64,000 bases of DNA, taken from the sequence record NC_042056.1; one strand, 5' to 3'. The notes beneath the pieces are model-generated. The model saw only the letters and a program-made list of their open reading frames with translations. It made no database searches and had not been told where the DNA came from. Shown here piece by piece: positions 45,761 to 53,989 of this stretch. The position numbers and the translations under genes are program-made. Each line of letters opens with the position of its first letter. The first letter of the stretch is position 1.

Positions 45761-46237
45761 ATGACTATCATCAATCAACAACGGGGTGTTGAAATTCTTT
45801 CTAAGGGCGAGGATACACAAGGGGCATTCTATACGGTTAACTTATTGACGACTGACCGCATGACGAAAGATGGCCGCCAGTACACAGGTGACTTAAAACA
45901 CCTGTCCCGCGGTATCCGCCGTATGCCACACGTCTTCTGTGAGTTAGACCCGTATCACGAATATCGTTTCACCCAACGCCACCGTAGTGAAGAAAGTATG
46001 ATTTCTGCTATCACTACTATCGAAATGAATAATGTTTGTGCGGCGATTACCGATATTCGTCTGAATGAAAAGGCAGGTACACTGGGTGCGGTAATTCGTC
46101 CGTGGGGGCCACACGCAGCAAATGTACGTGACTTGATGGAAGCCCCGAATGTTAACGTGGTGTTCGGGATGCGCGCCATAACTTCGGCCGATGGCAAGAT
46201 TGATAAAATCATCACATGGGACCTATTACCAGAATGA
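45761..46237 (+). CDS. prohead-protease-fold paralogue (phiKZ gp175-like), probably catalytically inactive
   Basis: E.NNVCAAI..I.L...G.L...IRPWGP....V..L.....NVVFGMRAIT matches the gp175/T4 gp21-type pattern as recalled, with the expected His and Ser positions replaced. Confidence 0.45.
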   Translation: MTIINQQRGVEILSKGEDTQGAFYTVNLLTTDRMTKDGRQYTGDLKHLSRGIRRMPHVFCELDPYHEYRFTQRHRSEESMISAITTIEMNNVCAAITDIRLNEKAGTLGAVIRPWGPHAANVRDLMEAPNVNVVFGMRAITSADGKIDKIITWDLLPE

Positions 46238-46434
46238 ATGTACCCGATCTGTTTTACTGGTGTGTCATGGTGTTAAGCGGCTACTTCCTTATTCAGTGTG
46301 TTATTGGCATGGTTAAGGATTTAGTAAAAGGCGAGCTGCTGGGTTCGTTCGTCGAGTTAGTGTTTGCTATCATCGCATGGAACATTCACCGTTGGGCGTT
46401 TGTCCATCTGGTGCCGTTGCAAACACTGTTCTAA
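46234..46434 (+). CDS. small membrane protein (2 TM)
   Basis: ATGA overlap; hydrophobic FYWCVMVLSGYFLIQCVIG and FVELVFAIIAW. Confidence 0.65.
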   Translation: MNVPDLFYWCVMVLSGYFLIQCVIGMVKDLVKGELLGSFVELVFAIIAWNIHRWAFVHLVPLQTLF

Positions 46435-46446
46435 TGAAAAAAAGCT

Positions 46447-46469
46447 CAGATAGATATTATCTTGATGAG
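46447..46469 (+). promoter_or_regulatory. putative early promoter, copy 7
   Basis: CAGATAGATATTATCTTGATGAG. Confidence 0.62.
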
Positions 46470-46539
46470 CTTTCCATTATTAGTTCCAAGGAAGGTGCGT
46501 TTTACAATTACAATAAATTAAAATAATAAGGAGTCCGTC

Positions 46540-46716
46540 ATGGATAAAATTTATATCGTTACAGCAATCCTCTTTACCATCGCCTGCTTACTCAGCTGGC
46601 GTGTATCATCTAACATGAAACGTCGTAAGTGTCCACCGGGTGCTATCGCGTTTGGTGTTCAAGCCTGTGTTTATGGTTTTGTGGCCATCTACACCGGCGT
46701 GAAGTATTTCATCTAG
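46540..46716 (+). CDS. small 2-TM membrane protein (58 aa; not in ORF track)
   Basis: SD AAGGAG, then MDKIYIVTAILFTIACLLSWRVSSNMKRRKCPPGAIAFGVQACVYGFVAIYTGVKYFI*. Confidence 0.75.
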   Translation: MDKIYIVTAILFTIACLLSWRVSSNMKRRKCPPGAIAFGVQACVYGFVAIYTGVKYFI

Positions 46717-46723
46717 CAGTAAA

Positions 46724-46757
46724 AAAAGGGGCACGGAAGTGTCCTTTTTCTTTTTTC
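46724..46757 (+). terminator. intrinsic terminator (possibly bidirectional)
   Basis: AAAAGGGGCAC-GGAA-GTGTCCTTTT plus T tract. Confidence 0.75.
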
Positions 46758-46776
46758 GTAAAATAAGGAGTATCAA

Positions 46777-47841
46777 ATGCCACGTCTCTTAGCGTTCACC
46801 GGTGGAGTTGATTCCACATGGGTGTTACAGAAGTTAATTCAACAACCGTCTGCTGATGGCGGTGAAGTGATCCATCCGGTTTACATGGATTTCTATCAAG
46901 GTTCCCCGGCAGCCTTTGTCGAGTTCCTGCTTGGCAGCGAAATCGCTCTGCGGTTGTTAAAGCACAACAAAGACAATTATAAAGAGCCGCTGGAATGGCG
47001 CTCACCTCCACTGCAAATCTTCACGAGCTGTATCATCGGTCGTTCAAGCGGAAATGAAAGCCGTCTGATTCAACAGGGTAACACTGTGTTGGGTTTGGCA
47101 CACCTGATGAATGCGATACAAGCTCGACATCCGGGGTCTACCGCCTTAACCGGTTGGAACAAAGCCGACTTCATTGAAAGCAGTGCCCTACAAGGCGAGT
47201 GGTCGGAAGAAGACTACCTGCGCCTGAAAAAACTCTACAGTGAAATGATGTTCTTCCAAGACCATCACTATCGCTGTTCTCCGCTTCTCACCCCGGCGTG
47301 GGATATGGAGAAGAAAGACATGTGGGATGCACTCCCGACTGATGTGCAAGAACTGATCACTGTGTGTTCAACCTACATGTTTAAGATTTACCATGTTAAG
47401 TCCGAAAATGCGCTGTACATCTCCTGTAACCCACAACACTTCGGTAAGTCTGTGCGGTATCTGGCCCGTGGGATTAACCTCACGGCTGCCTGGCGTATAG
47501 CGATTGACGACGAGTTCCATCGTCGACTCAACACGGACAACGTCCCGAGTAACCACTTCGCTGGAAGCTTCCCAAGTGAGTTGCTATCGTCGACCGAAAC
47601 GAAGCACCGGCCATCACTGCGCATGCGTTCCGATGACCGCAACCTGCAAATCGAAGCCTACAGTATCGATGAGTGGAAAACGAAGTTTGACCATGTAGAA
47701 GATATGCTAAAGGTGGAACGTGAACGAGAACAAGCCGAGTACCGTGCCCAGCGAGAAAAAGAGAAAGCTGAAAGTCCGGACAGTGCAAATCGCGAAGTGG
47801 CGGAAGGCGAAGTCGCTGTTTCCAGCGGTGCCGCTGATTGA
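46777..47841 (+). CDS. QueC-like PP-loop (adenine nucleotide alpha hydrolase) protein
   Basis: N-terminal LLAFTGGVDSTWVL, IHPVYMDFYQG and PLLTP.WDMEKKDMWDALP follow the QueC-type layout. The canonical C-terminal Cys cluster is absent. Confidence 0.6.
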   Translation: MPRLLAFTGGVDSTWVLQKLIQQPSADGGEVIHPVYMDFYQGSPAAFVEFLLGSEIALRLLKHNKDNYKEPLEWRSPPLQIFTSCIIGRSSGNESRLIQQGNTVLGLAHLMNAIQARHPGSTALTGWNKADFIESSALQGEWSEEDYLRLKKLYSEMMFFQDHHYRCSPLLTPAWDMEKKDMWDALPTDVQELITVCSTYMFKIYHVKSENALYISCNPQHFGKSVRYLARGINLTAAWRIAIDDEFHRRLNTDNVPSNHFAGSFPSELLSSTETKHRPSLRMRSDDRNLQIEAYSIDEWKTKFDHVEDMLKVEREREQAEYRAQREKEKAESPDSANREVAEGEVAVSSGAAD

Positions 47842-48145
47842 TGTCACGGTTAAATCCGGTATCAAAGCCTTAGCCCCAACGTGGGACTTTCTGATGGAGT
47901 ACAAGAACTCCGACAAAGGTCCCGAGGCTGAAGACGCCTACACAAAAAAATATAAAAGCAGAATCCAACAGCTCAAACAGGATGACCCTGATGTGATGTT
48001 GGAACTGCTGTATCAGGATGAGATTATCCTGATGTGTTATTGCCCGGCCGGTAAGTTTTGTCACCGGCTTTTATTAGTTGATGAGTTCAAAGCCTTAGGC
48101 GATGAACACAATGTCGTAGTGGCCTACGAAGGAGAAATCACATGA
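47720..48145 (+). CDS. DUF488-like protein
   Basis: IDVTVKSG...LAPTW and IILMCYCPAGKFCHRLLL (the CHR motif of DUF488-like proteins); GTG follows AAGGTGG. Confidence 0.6.
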   Translation: MNENKPSTVPSEKKRKLKVRTVQIAKWRKAKSLFPAVPLIDVTVKSGIKALAPTWDFLMEYKNSDKGPEAEDAYTKKYKSRIQQLKQDDPDVMLELLYQDEIILMCYCPAGKFCHRLLLVDEFKALGDEHNVVVAYEGEIT

Positions 48146-48534
48146 GTTTTGATATCAAGAACGACACCCTACGCATCATTGTTCCGGTCGGCACTATTCC
48201 CGGTCGTGAAATCCCACTTTTTGAAAACGCCACGGCGTTAGCCAAAGAAGCTTTCGAAGCTGCGGGTTTCGAGAAAGTGGAACTGGTTGAAAAACCGGCA
48301 GCGTTTTTCACCCGTGCTTACAGCGATAGCGGGCAGGCTTGGGCTGCACTGTATAACTACGGTTTGGTATTACGCTCGTCGTTTACGCCGTACGTCACCA
48401 TTGAAGAACTGCAAAAGCACGCAGCCATCATCAATGTGTGGCATGACATCTTCAGCCACAAAATCCCAACGGATACACTGATCAGATTCTCGCCGACCCT
48501 GACCATGATTGCCGTTAACGATTTGGCCAAATAA
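48142..48534 (+). CDS. hypothetical protein
   Basis: 130 aa ORF, SD AAGGAG, ATGA overlap. Confidence 0.72.
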   Translation: MSFDIKNDTLRIIVPVGTIPGREIPLFENATALAKEAFEAAGFEKVELVEKPAAFFTRAYSDSGQAWAALYNYGLVLRSSFTPYVTIEELQKHAAIINVWHDIFSHKIPTDTLIRFSPTLTMIAVNDLAK

Positions 48535-48563
48535 ATAAATTAGCACCCACAAGGAGTATCAAC

Positions 48564-49466
48564 ATGCAGGCTCAATTTATCCGCGTACCGTTGTTTTCGA
48601 AAAATACCATCTCCGACAACATTGTTCTTCAGAATCTAATCGATACCACCCACAAACTTTATACGCTGGCGAAAGACAAGTTTCCGCACATCGAGGGCTA
48701 TAGCGTCCCCGAAGAAACACGCACTTACGTACTGATGGAGAAGTACGCCCGTCCGGCTTACCGCGCATTATCGACGCTGGCACCCGATTCGGAAGAAGCA
48801 GCGAAAATCATTGCGTTATTGCACGAAGTCTATTGTGGTATCGCGGCGGACGATTGTGTAAACGTCGAACCGACGCCAGCGATGCTGTTGGCTATCAACA
48901 ATCAGCACCTCCAGTCTGACATGTACATGCGTGCTGTGTTAGAAAGTAAACCTGGGTTCATGCGCAGGAGTATTGCTAACAACGGGCCGCGCGTTAAAAA
49001 CCCTATCAATAAGGATATCACGCTTATCGGTGTCGCGGATATGCCTGCCGATATGCAAAAGGCTATTCTCGAAACGATGGCGCGGTTTAACTCAGGCAGA
49101 AACACGTTGTTGACTGGCCGCGACCGTAATATTATCACTGGGCCAGTGAGTTTCAATCTCGACTATATCGGGGAGGGTAAGTGGGAAGCCGATATCCACA
49201 TTGTGGCTCAATCAGTTTCCGGACAGATCTGGCAGTTCATCATTGAACGTCTGAAGGCAGACACTGATTCAACCGAAGATAAATATATCATCAATGGTGA
49301 TAAAATGGTTATCGAGATGGCCCAAATGTTGCCGGAACGTCAGATGAGTGATGTTGTTATCAAACTGGTCACCAATGGTCTCAAAAACACCATTATCCAT
49401 GCCCTGTTGGATATCAGCAAAAACCGTTATCAAAATGAAATTATTCTTCGTTCTCTGAAGAAATAA
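48564..49466 (+). CDS. hypothetical protein
   Basis: 300 aa ORF after AAGGAGTAT. Confidence 0.75.
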   Translation: MQAQFIRVPLFSKNTISDNIVLQNLIDTTHKLYTLAKDKFPHIEGYSVPEETRTYVLMEKYARPAYRALSTLAPDSEEAAKIIALLHEVYCGIAADDCVNVEPTPAMLLAINNQHLQSDMYMRAVLESKPGFMRRSIANNGPRVKNPINKDITLIGVADMPADMQKAILETMARFNSGRNTLLTGRDRNIITGPVSFNLDYIGEGKWEADIHIVAQSVSGQIWQFIIERLKADTDSTEDKYIINGDKMVIEMAQMLPERQMSDVVIKLVTNGLKNTIIHALLDISKNRYQNEIILRSLKK

Positions 49467-49490
49467 GCAGTCCCCACAAGGAGTATAAAA

Positions 49491-50009
49491 ATGGAAATGA
49501 ACTTTTACACTAAGCGAGAGTTAACGCACCTCGCGATGTTAAAACAGCCGGGTATGGCCATTGACCCGGAAATCAAGATTGACCCGCTCAAAGAAGAAAT
49601 CGCGTTGAGCTACCCGGAAGCCGAGTGGAACGACTGGTACTGCAAGGTGAAGATGGTATCTTACGCGCTTCTGGAGCTGGCCCGCTACAACACCTGTAAA
49701 CGTTTGCAAGGTTGGGTCTGGTATGTTCCCCGTACGCCGTCTCAGTTGGCCTTTGAGACGAACCCCGAGGAGAAGGTGGCTATCCGCCCAGTCATCCACC
49801 CTGAGCGCTTAGAGGTCCATCTGGAAGCGATTTGGAATCGTCCGCGTACGGAGCTGGCGGAAATCGTTCGCATTATCCAGCGGGTTGAGATGCCGGGACT
49901 GACGTGGGTAACATGGGACTCGGTTGACGTGAACAAAAACTTCTGGGTGTTAAGCTGGGTTGGGGGTCCGTTCCATAATCACAACCACATCTACCTGAAC
50001 CGGAGATAA
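49491..50009 (+). CDS. hypothetical protein
   Basis: 172 aa ORF after AAGGAGTAT. Confidence 0.75.
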   Translation: MEMNFYTKRELTHLAMLKQPGMAIDPEIKIDPLKEEIALSYPEAEWNDWYCKVKMVSYALLELARYNTCKRLQGWVWYVPRTPSQLAFETNPEEKVAIRPVIHPERLEVHLEAIWNRPRTELAEIVRIIQRVEMPGLTWVTWDSVDVNKNFWVLSWVGGPFHNHNHIYLNRR

Positions 50010-50013
50010 CCCA

Positions 50014-50289
50014 ATGCTTGACCGTTTGCTCTCCTTGATTAACAAACGTCAGCGTGATCTCTTTCAGCGTAACCTGCGACTGGAAGAACAAAAGCTGGAA
50101 GCGGAACAACGTGTCCGAACGCTGGAAAAGATGGTGCTGGAAATGTCAGACGTCGCAACATCACACTGTGTAGTAATAAAGGCCGGTGTTGAACGTAGTG
50201 ACGGGCCATCCATTCGTCTGTCGACCGATACGCTCCATCAGCGCATGGTGGGCTACCGTACCAAAGTCAAAGAACTGGGTTATTTCTGA
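50014..50289 (+). CDS. hypothetical coiled-coil protein
   Basis: 91 aa ORF, SD GGAGA. Confidence 0.7.
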   Translation: MLDRLLSLINKRQRDLFQRNLRLEEQKLEAEQRVRTLEKMVLEMSDVATSHCVVIKAGVERSDGPSIRLSTDTLHQRMVGYRTKVKELGYF

Positions 50290-50615
50290 TGAAAGATGTA
50301 ACGCCTTTTGATGCCAAGTCACTCGGTGGGATGTCGCCAGAGCAATCGCTTTCCTACCTCGCAAGGGGTGGGAAGATTCTGGATGACACCGACACGGCTG
50401 ACCGGCTGTTAACCATGATGGTGCCCCTGCGTGATAACTACTACGAGATTGTGCCGCTCGCAACCGAGTATGTGGTACGCACGCAGGGGCGTGAATACGA
50501 AGCATTGAGAGCGCCTCGCAGCGTAGGTGGGGTGATTCTATTGATGCGTAACTTTAACGACGCTGTAGAGCGCTGTGGGTTGTATATCGCCACAGGTGGA
50601 ACGGGACACTACTAA
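50289..50615 (+). CDS. hypothetical protein
   Basis: 108 aa ORF, TGATG coupling. Confidence 0.7.
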   Translation: MKDVTPFDAKSLGGMSPEQSLSYLARGGKILDDTDTADRLLTMMVPLRDNYYEIVPLATEYVVRTQGREYEALRAPRSVGGVILLMRNFNDAVERCGLYIATGGTGHY

Positions 50616-51034
50616 TGTTTGGATGGCTTACACGACTGTGGGACTTGAAGCAGGAAAACGCCGAGCTAAAAGAGCTGGTGGTAACGCTGCGGGAACTCAA
50701 TGAAACTGATGAACGTATGCTTGCGTCCACCATGGCTTCCTTAAATGATGACATGATGCGTGGGAAAGTATGGTGTGAAACTTACGCTTGGCACGTTAGC
50801 AAACTGAATGAAAAGACGCGGGGCTACATCAAAGAGTATGCGGAAACGTACCAAGGTATTGCTAAGGAGCGTGACATCCACATCAACCACGACCCGATAC
50901 CGACGTTTGATTTCCCCACCCCTCCACCGGGTGAAATTGTTGTACGTCCCCGTGATAAGTACCGTACGCCGATTCGTGGCACAATAGAGATTAAAGATCT
51001 CAGCACGTATATTCAACCAAAAAAGGAACAGTGA
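50615..51034 (+). CDS. hypothetical protein
   Basis: 139 aa ORF, TAATG coupling. Confidence 0.7.
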   Translation: MFGWLTRLWDLKQENAELKELVVTLRELNETDERMLASTMASLNDDMMRGKVWCETYAWHVSKLNEKTRGYIKEYAETYQGIAKERDIHINHDPIPTFDFPTPPPGEIVVRPRDKYRTPIRGTIEIKDLSTYIQPKKEQ

Positions 51035-51453
51035 TGTACCAACTGACATTGTCAAACGGTTTAACAGTTAGCTTAGTTCAACCGACCGTCGAAGATGTGC
51101 GCAAGTTCACCCAGAATCACCGAGATGCACGCACCTCACAATCCATGTGGATTCTCAGTGAGAATGGTGAGTTCATCTTACCGAAGTTCGTGAAGTCTGC
51201 ACACGGTGAGCATATTGCCATTAACCGCTTCCTCGACAAGATGCAAAAGGTCGGTACGGAATATGGCTTAGCCGTGTGTACTGCGGAACTGCCAGACGAC
51301 CTCGTGTTGATGTCAGATGAGCTGATGCACTTGTCCGTTGAGTATTTGGCGCTCATCGATACCTATTGCAAAAATCCGAATGCCCGTACGTTCATCATGA
51401 TGTCGAACATGGCCTCGCACCTCTGGAACGTCCACCACCGCAAGAAACACTAA
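51034..51453 (+). CDS. hypothetical protein
   Basis: TGATG coupling; SD AAGGA. Confidence 0.7.
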   Translation: MYQLTLSNGLTVSLVQPTVEDVRKFTQNHRDARTSQSMWILSENGEFILPKFVKSAHGEHIAINRFLDKMQKVGTEYGLAVCTAELPDDLVLMSDELMHLSVEYLALIDTYCKNPNARTFIMMSNMASHLWNVHHRKKH

Positions 51454-51477
51454 GAGTAACCTAAAAGGAGTATTAAA

Positions 51478-52818
51478 ATGTTGAAACCTCGTAAAGCAAA
51501 AACCGGTCTGGCAATCGTTACCCGCTATCCGGCGGGACTCCGTGGATTTCCAGAAGGGTTTGCGGTGTATTTGGGCAAGAAGCTTGTTCGCTACATCGAT
51601 GGCGTGGAAGTCGGTGAGATTGTGGGGCCGTTAGCGTCTCGCAATGCCGCTGTCTTCACACTGCCGAAAACCACCCGTGTCATTTACCGTACACTGCAAG
51701 ATGGTTTCTGTCGTGCCACCATCGGCATGGGTGCTAAATATTACGGTCTGCGTAAACTCCCGCAAGTCGCTAAAAAGAAAGGCACCTACATGGAAGAGTT
51801 GCAGGAGTCACTGTTCGGTAAACCGGATTACAGTCACATTGGGATTAATGCTAAGAACGACGAAGGCAATACATCCACAATGGATAAGTTGTTCAAGGGC
51901 GGTATCCACAACGGTGATGATAGACTGAAGCGCAAGATTGCAAACAACCCCGGTGTGTCTGGCGCATTTGATAATCGTGTTGCTGGACTGCTTCAGCAAG
52001 GCACGGGGCATTCTTTACTGACAAGTGACTGTCGCTCCATCCGTACTATTGCGTTGCAGATGGCGCAGCAGAATATCGAAACGGCTATGCGTAAGTTGAA
52101 CTTCTCTAACGTTACGGTGCTGTACACCACCGACGTGTTAAAGGATGTCGAGAACGAACTCCGTACCTGTCACGATGATCGTAACCACATCAACCGAATG
52201 CTTGAGCTTCGTAAAACGCTGCCGTTAGCGGGTACCTACACACTCGTTGATGATCTGGTTAAGCTACCGCTGATGTCTCAATTGACTGAGTCTATCTGCG
52301 CAGCCGGTAAACGGGCAATGGCAGAACTGTCAACGGAAGACGCCACTGAGTTGGATGACCCGACTCCAGAGACGTTAGTGGACTGGCTGATTCTGTTTGG
52401 TTCACTGAACCAACCGAAGACGCTGGACTATCTTTCCACGTTGAACGTCGGCGACAGTGGGATCTCTTCTGAGGAAACGGCGGCGTTGTATAAGCGCATT
52501 CGTGAGCGTGCTGGAATTAACGATGGGGATGAAGCAGTTGCCAGAACGGTGGCGATGGCGCGGGCAATTAGTCCGCACCTTCACGACCCTTATGCTTACT
52601 CACGCGCGTTGCGTAACGGCGAACCTGTGCTGTACATGGATCTCGAAATGCCAATGGATACCAGCAAGCTCAAAGATATGTTGGTCAAGGAAGAAGATGT
52701 GCCTAAGTTGATGGCCAACTACCTCAAGGTTCGCCAAGCAGGCAAGGGTGAGATGCTTACCCTCGACTCCATCCCTCGTGAAAACAGCTTATTGAAGGAC
52801 GAAGACGACAATGCTTAA
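51478..52818 (+). CDS. hypothetical protein
   Basis: 446 aa ORF after AAGGAGTAT. Confidence 0.75.
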   Translation: MLKPRKAKTGLAIVTRYPAGLRGFPEGFAVYLGKKLVRYIDGVEVGEIVGPLASRNAAVFTLPKTTRVIYRTLQDGFCRATIGMGAKYYGLRKLPQVAKKKGTYMEELQESLFGKPDYSHIGINAKNDEGNTSTMDKLFKGGIHNGDDRLKRKIANNPGVSGAFDNRVAGLLQQGTGHSLLTSDCRSIRTIALQMAQQNIETAMRKLNFSNVTVLYTTDVLKDVENELRTCHDDRNHINRMLELRKTLPLAGTYTLVDDLVKLPLMSQLTESICAAGKRAMAELSTEDATELDDPTPETLVDWLILFGSLNQPKTLDYLSTLNVGDSGISSEETAALYKRIRERAGINDGDEAVARTVAMARAISPHLHDPYAYSRALRNGEPVLYMDLEMPMDTSKLKDMLVKEEDVPKLMANYLKVRQAGKGEMLTLDSIPRENSLLKDEDDNA

Positions 52819-53383
52819 ACCGAAGAAACGCAAGGACCGTGTATACTTGATGCGGGCAACGAACGGCGGTTATGTGGTGCGCAGCGAAACCAAACGACGC
52901 GCGCTCACCCAAGACGCTATCGATGGCATCCTGTTGGTCTACAGTCCAGAGTACAATTATCCGTGCGCAAACCGTGTAGTGCGATTAGTTCTGGATATGG
53001 TTTACCGGAACAATCGTAAGAAGGTGATGTTGAAAGAGTTCTCGTGGGAAACCTTCACGCCAAGTCCGGAGAAGTTCCGAGTCCCGACTGATGGTGTGAT
53101 GGGTCGTGAGTTGGATTGGAGTCGACTTTTGACGAAGCCGGTTATCTCTGAGAACGCGAAAGCGGCGATTGGGGGTTTGGAAATCAAAGGTGTGCAGCTG
53201 AAGCAATCGAAGCTTAAAACTGACGACATCCAAGAACTGGTTAAAGAGTTCGGGGTTGTCGCGGAGCAGCAACTGATTGACCGCTTCATGCGAAACGAAC
53301 AACCTACCCAAGAAGAGTATGAGCAGGCGCAGGCTATCGGCCGTTTGATGCTCCACCGCTGGTTAGAAAAGCAGAACTGTTAA
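52811..53383 (+). CDS. hypothetical protein
   Basis: 190 aa ORF overlapping the previous stop; ends at a terminator. Confidence 0.72.
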   Translation: MLKPKKRKDRVYLMRATNGGYVVRSETKRRALTQDAIDGILLVYSPEYNYPCANRVVRLVLDMVYRNNRKKVMLKEFSWETFTPSPEKFRVPTDGVMGRELDWSRLLTKPVISENAKAAIGGLEIKGVQLKQSKLKTDDIQELVKEFGVVAEQQLIDRFMRNEQPTQEEYEQAQAIGRLMLHRWLEKQNC

Positions 53384-53392
53384 AAGGCAGTG

Positions 53393-53428
53393 CCCTACTC
53401 CTTCGGGAGTAGGGTTTCTTCTTTTTTT
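53393..53428 (+). terminator. intrinsic terminator (cUUCGg)
   Basis: CCCTACTCC-TTCG-GGAGTAGGG plus T tract; same stem as the post-capsid terminator. Confidence 0.9.
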
Positions 53429-53452
53429 GTTTACTCGTACTAAAAAATATTT

Positions 53453-53480
53453 CAGATATATATTACCTAGGTGAGAGTTG
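53453..53480 (+). promoter_or_regulatory. putative early promoter, copy 8
   Basis: CAGATATATATTACCTAGGTGAGAGTTG, identical to copy 1 over this span. Confidence 0.72.
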
Positions 53481-53532
53481 AGTAATAATCTTCTCTTAAT
53501 CATCCTATTAATAGACTATCGAGGAATACACC

Positions 53533-53958
53533 ATGAACACAGTTATCACTCTGAACGACACCATCCGTGAAGTAGCTCGCCGTAACCCAGCAGCTCTGTT
53601 ATCCGTAGTTGGCATGTATGCGGGTACCGGTCGTGTCAATGATATCCCGGTGGAAACACTGGAAGCTGCAATCGAGAAAGCGCACGAAGCAGGACGCAAC
53701 ACACCTGTTCCTAATCGTGAAAATTTCGACAGTGACATGGCCTACAACGACCAAGTCAATCAGCTGACCATCATCAAAGCACTGGCAACTAATCTCTGCT
53801 ATGGCTTTACTGCGGATAACATCCCAGACATGATTGATGAAATGTACGACCGTATGGAAAGTCATGAAGAAGTGTGGGATGCCTACACGGCTATCACTGA
53901 TTCCACGCGTCGGATGGAAGAAGCTTTCATGGAGAAAGCGAAAACCGAACTGTTCTAA
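53533..53958 (+). CDS. early hypothetical protein
   Basis: 141 aa ORF, SD GAGGA, first gene after the promoter. Confidence 0.75.
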   Translation: MNTVITLNDTIREVARRNPAALLSVVGMYAGTGRVNDIPVETLEAAIEKAHEAGRNTPVPNRENFDSDMAYNDQVNQLTIIKALATNLCYGFTADNIPDMIDEMYDRMESHEEVWDAYTAITDSTRRMEEAFMEKAKTELF

Positions 53959-53965
53959 TATACCT

Positions 53966-53989
53966 ACCCCTACCCAATTGGGTAGGGGT
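53966..53989 (+). terminator. stem-loop / probable terminator or RNA-processing hairpin
   Basis: ACCCCTACCC-AATT-GGGTAGGGGT, perfect 10-bp stem with a weak T tract. Confidence 0.55.

Noticed and set aside
46777-47841. Canonical queC / 7-deazaguanine DNA-modification cluster
   Set aside because: The Zn-binding Cys cluster is missing and no partner genes (folE, queD, queE, dpdA) occur in the window, so it is kept only as QueC-like.
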